Shown: positions 54,464 through 64,000 of the stretch, piece by piece | Numbering within the stretch: position 1 is the stretch's first letter | Layout: every line of letters begins with the position of its first letter | Source of the DNA: Octopus bimaculoides | Taxonomy: Eukaryota | Direction: 5' to 3' | DNA length: 64,000 bases | Assembly: GCF_001194135.2 (NCBI RefSeq) | Contig: NC_068992.1 | Coordinates: forward strand, 65,748,026 to 65,812,025 | Made by a program: the position numbers and the translations under genes | Notes under the pieces: generated by a model | Told to the model about the DNA's origin: nothing | Database searches by the model: none | The model's input: only the letters and a program-made list of their open reading frames with translations

Positions 54464-54649
54464 TTCTGGCCTTGGGAATAGCAGAAACGTCAGAGCAGTA
54501 AGCTTGGTAATCTTTTTTTTTTTTTTTAATGTCTATCTTTTAATGGTGAGGGCTGGCAGACCCCATGGCCTCCTTTGCAGATCCTCCGAAATTGGTGGAA
54601 ATGAGGGGGGGAGGGAAATGTATCTTCAAACAGGAAACCGGGCTTGAAG

Positions 54650-55110
54650 GCCTGCAACATAACGGACTATGAGAAACGCCTACCCAAGCTACCAGGTGCC
54701 GCTGCTAAACCGGATTAAAGTTCAGTCAACCACCCGCGTAGGCTGTCGTGAGATTCGAACTCAGAACAAGAAGAACTGCGAAAGACCCCATGAAGCATCC
54801 GATCCATCGTTATCACAGTTTTGCCAATTCAACGCCATTGATGATTACTACACTTCCATCAACCTCAAAAAGATGACGGGCGAAATTGACCTCGGCAGGA
54901 TTTGAACTCCGGACACCGAGTGACAAAACCAATGCCGTGCAATATTCAATGTGACAGCCTCTTGATCTTCTGAGTTCAAATCTCGTCGAAGTCGACCTTA
55001 CTTTCCATCTTGCTAAGTTCGACAAGATAAGGCCTCACTCAAGTGCCAGACTTCGAATAATCGAGTGTTCCCTTTGCCAACCCCAAAATTCAGGACTTCT
55101 GCCGATGTTG
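54650..55110. mobile_element. three further family 'B'-like SINE fragments (-, -, +)
   Basis: gattcgaactcagaac (54765), gatttgaactcc (54900) and ttctgagttcaaatc (54968). Confidence 0.7.
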
Positions 55111-55500
55111 AAGACCACTGACGGTCGCAGTATTTCACTGCACTTGTAATTTGTTATATTCGTATGTATCTGTGGTTCATAAATATTTATATCACTGTAT
55201 CTGTCGTTAACCTGCAGTTTATAAAATATACCTATTACATGTCTACACTGGTACACGATACTGTCTACCTGGTTATTTATCCGTTTATTTATCTAACTAT
55301 CTATCTATCTAAACTATTTATCTATCGATCTGTTTATCTATCGATCTGTCTATCTATCTGTTTGTCTATCTACGTATCTATCTAATTATCTATTTATCTA
55401 AACTATTTCTCTATCGATCTATGTATCTATCTGTCTGTCTATGTATTTATCTGTTTGCCTATATCTATCAATTTATCTACCTACCTACCTACCTACCTAC

Positions 55501-55558
<58 letters not shown>

Positions 55559-56238
55559 GTCTGTCTAACGGTTTCTTTCTTTATATTAATATCAACGTAC
55601 ATACGTATGTGCATGCGCGTGTGTGTACGTGTGTGTGTGCATATGTAAGTATGTATCTGCTTGTCAATTTGTCTATGTTAACATCCATGTATGTACTTAC
55701 ATATGTGTGTTAATCCTTCTGTCTATCAATCTATCTTTTAAGCTAACGACATATTTCATTGCTTATATATCTGTCTGTCTGTCTGTCTAATTCTGTTGCA
55801 TCCACACCGCCAATACCCCGGTTATAAATATCAACATCAACAACATCAGCAACAACAACAACAACAACACAAGCTGCAACACAAAGAACAGCATAGAGAC
55901 AAACAACAACATTGTCCACTGCAATATCATCAACAACAACAACAATATCAACCCCAGCATCAAAAACAACAACAGTTGTGCTGGTGCGCCTATGCTAGCG
56001 TTCGGATTGCTAGAAATAACAACCAAATCCGCTTCAAATCACACCTTATTCTCTTTAATAGGGAAACAACACACGAGATAGTTAAATCCTAGAGAGCCAT
56101 TAATGATGGGTTGGTTACAGTTAGAGTGGCTTTGATTTATTGTCTGCTCGTCAGGGTTGACCGGGGGATGAGCAATACCAGCAGCAACACAACAAAACAC
56201 ATTCAATGATACTATAAAATGTATAATTGCGTAGGCAT

Positions 56239-56306
<68 letters not shown>

Positions 56307-56329
56307 AAGTATATAGACCGGTTGTATGG

Positions 56330-57090
56330 TGTCAACATCGTATTGAGAAATGATGCTGTTGTGATGTTGTCTGGCGGTGGTGTTGTGGTTCTCTTCTGTT
56401 GTGTTTATTTTGAGTTGTGGTTGTTGTGTTGATGCTTTGTTGTGATGACGCTGTGCCGTGGTATTTGTGACATTTGCTCTACAACTGGCGTTGTGAAATG
56501 TTAGCATTCTAGTGTAGTGACGTGGGATGGTGTTTACGTTGTAGTGTATAAACGTTGTATTGTGGTCACGTTGTAGTAGTATAGCATGATGTGGTTGTCA
56601 TGAATTGATGAACTTACCTCAACTGAAAATGGTATGTTAACTACAACACAACGTCACCACACTACAATGCCACCAGAGCACAACGCTACCACTCTACAAC
56701 ACTAGCACGTTGCTACAACCACAATGCCACCATTCTACAACGTCACCATGCCAAGACGTTACTTCTCTACAACGTCACTTTCTCTACAATGTAACGTCAC
56801 CACTCTGCGACGTCACTTCACNNNNNNNNNNACAACCACAATGCCACCATTCTACAACGTCACCATGCCAAGACGTTACTTCTCTACAACGTCACTTTCT
56901 CTACAATGTAACGTCACCACTCTGCGACGTCACTTCACTACAACGTCAATATACCTCACCACCACCACCACGCTACGACGTTAGAACACCAAAACTTCGC
57001 TACTCTACGACGTTCTTACACCAAACCGTCACCGCAGGCGTCTCTACACCGCTACGTTTCCTCGCCATCAACGCCACCAGCACCGTTATA
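56330..57090. repeat. cryptic satellite (motif ctacaacgtcacca) in inverted orientation around about 56620
   Basis: The left arm is GT-rich (ggtcacgttgtag, gtagtgacgtgg); the right arm is CA-rich (ctacaacgtcacc). Confidence 0.75.
56618..56622 (-). other. candidate 5-nt micro-exon (TTGAG) on the minus strand
   Basis: Minus strand reads gttaacataccattttcag|ttgag|GTAAGT, with a branch-point-like TTAAC upstream. Confidence 0.35.
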
Positions 57091-57470
57091 TAAACTCAGC
57101 ACACAGCAAGACACATGGCTACATCCTCATAATTATTCATATCTCAGCAAAACACAACATAGCAGTAAGCTATCCCTGCATCATAGCATCACCACACACA
57201 CACACGCACGCACCTCAGAGCGTACCAACACATACACCATCCTCTATGCACACACACACACACACACACACATACACACACGCGTACACACGTGTCAGAG
57301 CATACGAGGATATGTTTATACTACAACATCATCGTTCATTCTCTAAACCTCGTATAGTAACACCACCACTGAACTACTTTGCACCGACACAACATTAGAG
57401 AAGAACACAAACCGACGCTCACGTCACAATACGCCCACACAGTGTGTCAGCACTACAACACAGCCACGAC

Positions 57471-57516
<46 letters not shown>

Positions 57517-58109
57517 CACTAACATATGCACACAGATACATACTTACATACTTACTTACATACATACATACACACACATACACACACGCATGCATACACA
57601 TATACACACATACATACATACATGTATACATTTATATACGCTTTCATGGCGGTACTATGTCTGAATAAAGAGTGGTCATGTCACGGCTGGAACGCCTTTG
57701 GTGATAGGGCTGACCTGAGGTTAAATGGCATCATCAGTGACAGGGCAACATTAATCAACGTGACTCCACAGCACACCACCACGAGAAACAGCGGCACAGA
57801 CACCACCACCACTACGGCTACCACCGCCACTACCACTACAACCAGTACCGCCACCATTACCACCAACACCACCATTACAACCCCCACCACCACCGGCAAT
57901 AACAGCACTACTATAGCCCCACCACAACCACCTCCACTACCACCACCCCCATCATCACCACGCAACTGCTGAACACAACCTAGACATCCACTTCAAAAAG
58001 CAATAACACCACCACCACCTCAAAAAGCAATAACACAAACACTGCCACTGCCACTACCCCCACTCCACACTGCAACACATCATAGCACTACCACCACAAA
58101 AACAACAAC

Positions 58110-58225
<116 letters not shown>

Positions 58226-59109
58226 CCAGCACCAATGCTATTCAATACCACAACACAACATTATTCAAGCAACGATCACAACAGAATAACAACCGAGTAC
58301 AACAGTACTGAATGTCACAACAGAAAACTGCCACCACCACCACCACCACCACCACCACTACTACAACCACAACAGTCCACAACAGTCGCACGATCATCAC
58401 CACCACCACCACAACAATAACACGACACTCCGCCGTCACCTTCACCGCCACCAAACCACACCGCTAGCACACAACTCCATTAGACAGTTACATAAGCAAC
58501 GTATCAACAGGTTATAAAATCGATATTTCAAATAGCGCTGGCGAGAAATCTGCTTTGTAAGAAATAATCCTCTCAGCCCGCGGTGTATGGGATCCCGTTT
58601 CGAACCCGGTTGGACACCTCTTCTATTCGTTTACCCAAATCTAAATTTTATTGTTCCTTTTTTAGAAATTTATTTTAAATGATGATGAATATGTATTATA
58701 TTTAGTTACAACCCATGCGTCTGTCGTTTCGGATTTTGCAACTGCGATGTTTGATTAAAATTATTTTTATTATATTTACACCCAAAACGTCTTTTGCTTT
58801 GATTTTTAGGGGTTTTTTTTTTGTTGTTTTGTCTTTGTGAGAGCACAAACAGTAAAGTTCCTGTAACCCTTTATCTACCTAATTAAGACGGAACAGGAAT
58901 ATCTTGATATATCTATCTGTTTGACAATGTATCTGTCTATCAAATGCTATACCTAGGAATCTAATCTTGTATGATACACAATCCCATACACACAAGCTAA
59001 CTCCTGCACACACGATCACATATAACAGTAAACATACATTTACGTATGTATACACACTAATACACAGAAATATATATATATATACATAAATACATATATA
59101 TACATATTA

Positions 59110-59327
59110 TACAAGGGTGTGCTGTAAAGTTCCTGGTTTTAAGAGTGTTGCGAAAAGCCTGACTGGAGGCCTAACCTTCCGAGTCCTTTTAAAGGGCTTA
59201 GAAAACTGAAGGACCACTGCAATAAATGTGTGAATCTGAGAGGGGAATATGTTGAATAAAATTATAATTAACTGATCCTCCTGTATTTTCTTTTGCTCAA
59301 AGCCAGGAACTTTTCAGCAACCCCTTG
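59110..59327 (+). mobile_element. mariner-derived MITE (about 218 bp)
   Basis: TIRs tacaagggtgtgctgtaaagttcctgg / ccaggaacttttcagcaaccccttg; retains a transposase C-terminus DHCNKCVNLRGEYVE* (59212-59259). Confidence 0.8.
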
Positions 59328-59674
59328 CTTCCAAACCACATGGTTCTAGGTTCACTCCCAGTTCGTAACATCTTAAGCAAGTGTCTTCTACTATGGCCAC
59401 TGGCCGACCACAGCCTTGTGAGCGGATTTGCGAGACGGAAACTGAAAGAAACCTGCTCTATGTATATATACATGTGTGTGTGTGTTTCTCTGTATGTGTG
59501 TACCTTTATGTTTGTGTTTGACTACCGGTGTTGGTGTGTTTATATCCCCATAACTTAGTGATTACAGTAAGTACCAGACTTCACCAAAAATCAAAAAGCA
59601 ATATGTACTAAAATCCTTCAAGGCAATGCCCCAGCATGGCCACAGTCTAATGACTGAAACAAGTAAAAGATAAA

Positions 59675-59680
<6 letters not shown>
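59328..59680 (+). mobile_element. SINE family 'A' (working label), head-truncated
   Basis: cttccaaaccacatggttc...ggcaagtgtcttctac...gaaactgaaagaa...(TG)n...cagcatggccacagtc...gaaacaagtaaaaga. Confidence 0.88.
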
Positions 59681-59756
<76 letters not shown>

Positions 59757-60019
59757 ATGTATGTATGTAAGTATGTATGTATGTATGTATGCATGTATGT
59801 ATACAGAGCCGGCCTTCTTCAAGGCTGAGCAATTGTTTCTAAACCTTACAAAGTTCCTTCCCAAAGCACAGACTTAAGCAAGACCCTTTTTTACTAATCC
59901 CACTAGTTACCCATGTATGCGAATTTCTCCTCTCCACATCATTGATTTTGTCCAAGATATGGAAAAGCGGTCAATGCCTATGTATGTATGCATATATCCG
60001 TACATATACACATATCACC

Positions 60020-60510
60020 ATACACTCGGAACGAGGAAAACCATCTGATCATTCTAAAGGATGACTGATGACCGGCGTCGTGACATTGTTTAAAGTGAAG
60101 AAGAGTTGCGCACCGTCAACCATGCTCTTTCGTCGGTGAGCATCTCCAAACCATTGGCAAGACCAAGTGAAGATGACAGGGCATGGAAACGAATGCAGAG
60201 GAGGACTTAGGCATCTTCTTTTCCTCATCTTGCTCTCGGTACTCCACAATATGTCACTACAACCTCCACCCCATCCTTTCATTCTTGAAGGTTTCGTCCA
60301 CAGACTCCATCAGAGCCAGTCTTCACGTGTACAGGTAGGCGATCCCTAATATTCTAATTAACTTATTACTGGGACCCTGACGTGTGCTACAACTCTGAGT
60401 CCCAATAATTCTGAGAACACTATTGGCTAAGTGGTGGTTCCAGATCTCTCAAAATCCCTGGAACTCCCGAACCACGACTAAGGGCAACGGCTGCAGGTTT
60501 TAAAATCATC
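60020..60510 (+). mobile_element. decayed LINE 3' end and repeat tail
   Basis: Weak CR1-like motifs (AHR, HPF) and a tail resembling recurrent octopus retroposon 3' ends, judged from memory. Confidence 0.3.
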
Positions 60511-62508
60511 CAGGACGTATACAGACACGCAAACGCGCGCGCATATTTATATCTATATTTCGCTAAAGAATTGTGCGACCAATAACACTGGGGTAGAACT
60601 CAATATACGTATGTTTCAGAACAAAGGGGTAGAGAAGTATAGAGCGGTAATAATAAGAAAGAGATGACACAGAAAAAAATAATGGCTATATTACGAACTT
60701 CATTGACTTACAGCTGTTTCTGGTATGAAATACATTGGACTCTTAGTTGAGGGTCTGATGTATGTGTGTGTGTGTGACTTTATGCTTCTGAGAGTTTAGC
60801 AAATCGGAAGAATAGATCGTAAATATACTCTACCTCAAACAGTCAATATGGAATATTTACTACAGGTTTATTTATTTATTAATAATACTTATTACTAGTC
60901 ACACCATCAGTCGCCGTTGAACTAAAGATAGGTAACTTTGTTTGGCTACTCTCACGCTCTCACAGTATGTATGTATGTATGCATGTATGTCCTCGTTACT
61001 GGTATTATGAAAGGTTGCAATACACATCAACCAAGAAAAATGGAATGAATTAGACATTGTATATATCACCGAGAAATAATGACTGTCTTCGAGAGATAGG
61101 GAGAGATGTTTCCAAAATATTCCATGAGTGAGACGGTGAATGTAATATGTAAGGGGACGCTTAAATACAAGACAGAAGGCTTATAGTATGTTGGGGGACG
61201 CTTAGATACAAGAGAGGAGATATACACAGAGTAGCTTGGTACACGAACGAAGACAATAGAGTTTTATTGCTTCTGAACAAGATATGCCGCTACTGAGAGT
61301 ACACATTGACCTAAAGGGTAGTCGGTGCTATGACCATGTATGCATGTGTGTGGGTGTTTGCGTGAATGTATGTGCTTCTCAATAATACAGGTGTATAGGT
61401 TGTAGGTGTATATATATATATATATATATATATAATAACTTGTGTGTGTATGTGTGTATGTGTGTGTAGAGAGAGAGAGTGAGAGAGGGGCAGGCAGATA
61501 GAAACTCAAAGATCGGTTGTATGAGAGAGAGAGAGAGAGAGAGAAAGCGGAAGAGAGAAGAGGAGAAAGGAGATATTAATAATGAGAGAGAGAGGGGGGG
61601 CGGGGAAATAAATAAACCCAGAAAGTAAGACAAAGAAAGTATTGTGCAAGGTAGACGCAGTATTAGTATGTTGTATTATTCAGAAACCCTTTTGGAGATG
61701 GAGAATGAGAGATGAGGAGAAAAGGACAAAGAAAGAGATAGAGAAAGAGAGAGTTAGTGTTTGTGTTATGTAGTTGTATAATATTCCACACCGACCGCCT
61801 TCCCCCCACCGAAGCACCTGGTCCATTCACAGCAATGTGCGCTGTTTGAAGCAACGTTGCAGCTCGCCCACTCTTCATTCAGCTTACAAATCGTGAAAAT
61901 ACTATCATTTTTAACAGCCTATTGTAAACTACACAATTCGAACCCGTTTTAAATTCGCACTCGCTCTGGGGCAATGTTTATATCTTTTCATTCATTTATA
62001 CTCATTCTATCTTCTATCTAAGACTCTCTCGCTCTCCTTCTCTCAATTTTCATATTTGCATAATGTAAGTGGGATAGCACTAGGTTCGACCGCTGCTACG
62101 TGAACTTTCTCTCCTTTTCCCTACCTTTTCCATAATATTCGATAAACATTAAGCAAACTATCCGTCATAGGTATCTCTGTGATTACAGCTACTACTACTA
62201 TTACTATTAACAATCTTCATTTCCTCCCCGTTAAAAATAATGCCCACAGTAGCCGTGATTCGAACTCGCGATTCTTCGAATTCAACGATTGAGACCCAAA
62301 ACAACCGACTTGTCCACACACATATTGTTGTCACTGTTCGGTAGTCTTCAAAATAAAGTACAAAATTAACCTCTTCACCACCGTGCATCCAGCATTTCTA
62401 CCACACACACACACACGCACACACTTAAATTAGATACCGTGTTGTTCTCTCCCCACTCCTCACGACTGCCAACCCTCTTCACATTCATCATTTTCACCTG
62501 TCTTACAG

Positions 62509-62524
62509 CTGTGTTAATTAACAG
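62509..62524 (+). CDS. 16-nt micro-exon (phase 1-2), (A)VLIN(R/S); gene continues beyond the window
   Basis: Long pyrimidine tract ...catcattttcacctgtcttacag| and donor cag|GTAAAG. Only the phase-1 frame is open. Confidence 0.6.
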
Positions 62525-63413
62525 GTAAAGGAATTGAAAAAAAAAACTAATAAACATAATTATCTTTACTATAATAATCTTAATTCTAGTTGACTTTAAG
62601 ACTGTCCCCGAGCAAAAATTTAGCTGCCTGCGATACGACACGAACCCACAACTATACTTCCGAAAAACCGATTCGCTATCCACTTGACCAATGCGACAGG
62701 AAAACAACACCTGCGCAACTGCTAACTTCCTAAACTCTAAAAGGTAAATTCAGGTGCGGGAATCGATGAAAAATTTGGTCGGATTTTTTGGACAGGTAGG
62801 CAGACAGATTACCTGACAGACAGAAAGACAGACAGGCAGGTAACGAAGCAATTAGGCTTATTATATACACCTGGCTGTAGAACATCTACACATTACGTAA
62901 GAACGATTAATCAACAGCATGGTTTTAGCACTTGCATCGTCTAGCTTCACCAAATAGCAATTTATCTCACATCAAAGCGAAACGAAGAAAGAATTACAAA
63001 AGAAAACTAGAGAACGAAAATACCTGAAGTGAAAAAATAGAAGAGAAGGATTAAAGAATCTAAACTATATTGAAACATCAAAGAAGTTTGGAGTGGGCGA
63101 GGAATTATTTGATGAAAAGATAAACATTGAGAACAGCAACACCGATTCTGGCTGATTCTGAAATAAATGTAAGTTCTATATCTATTTATGTGTATGCAGG
63201 TGGATATCTATATATATATATATATATATATATATGTTTAATTTATGCATGCCTACATGTGCATGCATTTGTTTGAATACACATGTAGCTGGGTATATGA
63301 GGATGCAGACAGGCTTGTATATATCTTTCTATTTATCCATCTATCTATGTATATACCTGTCTGTTTTTCTACTTAAATATTTATCTCTATCTTTCAATCT
63401 ATTTGCCTATTTC

Positions 63414-63459
<46 letters not shown>

Positions 63460-63881
63460 CACACACACATACACATATTCAAACGCGCACCTGTCTATAG
63501 GCTTGGCAATTTTAAACGTAAAAGAAAGAAGAATGAGAGATAAGAAATAACATGAATGGTGTTACCAAAGAATAAAAGCGATGACAGAAACAGCGTCAAT
63601 ATAAACAATAAAATCAACCAAACAACAAACAGCACAACAACAGCAACAACAAGAAAAGAATTAAAGAATCATGAGCTTTTTCTGTATGTTTTCATTCTTA
63701 CAATATTTTCCATTTTGTTTTTGAGAATTTAAGAAAAGAAACAAAATAAAACGAAAAGGTTAAAGATATTCATTCAGAAGTTATAGATAGATAGAGACAG
63801 ACAGACAGATAGACAGATAGATACATAGATAGATAGACAGACAGACAGATAGCTATACATTCATATATATATGTATATATG

Positions 63882-63914
<33 letters not shown>

Positions 63915-64000
63915 GCACATCTGCACTTAGATAGATAGGTGCAGTTATGCAAGTACGTGTGCATGTGAATGTTTCTGTGTGCATATTGCAACTCATTTCA

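Noticed and set aside
60712-60719. Third apparent 8-nt minus-strand micro-exon (cag|aaacagct|gtaagt)
   Set aside because: Explained by the Penelope-type GAAACAGCTGTA motif of a repeat terminus.
62240-62720. tRNA-like sequences (also at 58585-58620, 21650-21710 and SINE heads)
   Set aside because: Only A/B-box-like fragments with no complete cloverleaf; these are SINE heads, not tRNA genes.

Overview
AT-rich eukaryotic scaffold segment, extremely dense in microsatellites, with 16 N-gaps (short-read style assembly). The repeat content (several tRNA-derived SINE families, RLE/R4-type, RTE and CR1-like LINE remnants, mariner relics, Penelope-like termini) is what I recall from coleoid cephalopod genomes, most likely Octopus; this is an inference and was not checked by search. 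Almost every entry in the supplied ORF track is a microsatellite or gap artefact or a TE remnant. The main result is a hand-assembled plus-strand gene fragment of eight very short exons (21 or more, 18, 46, 21, 74, 28, 58 and 16 nt) spread over 62.5 kb. All junctions are canonical GT-AG, the phases chain without a stop, and the joined product is a 93-aa Pro-free, Cys-free, amphipathic-looking peptide that I cannot assign to a family. A weaker set of minus-strand micro-exon candidates is interleaved with it. No CRISPR array, rRNA or genuine tRNA gene was seen. Repeat boundaries are approximate (about +/-10-20 nt). Exon boundaries were counted base by base.
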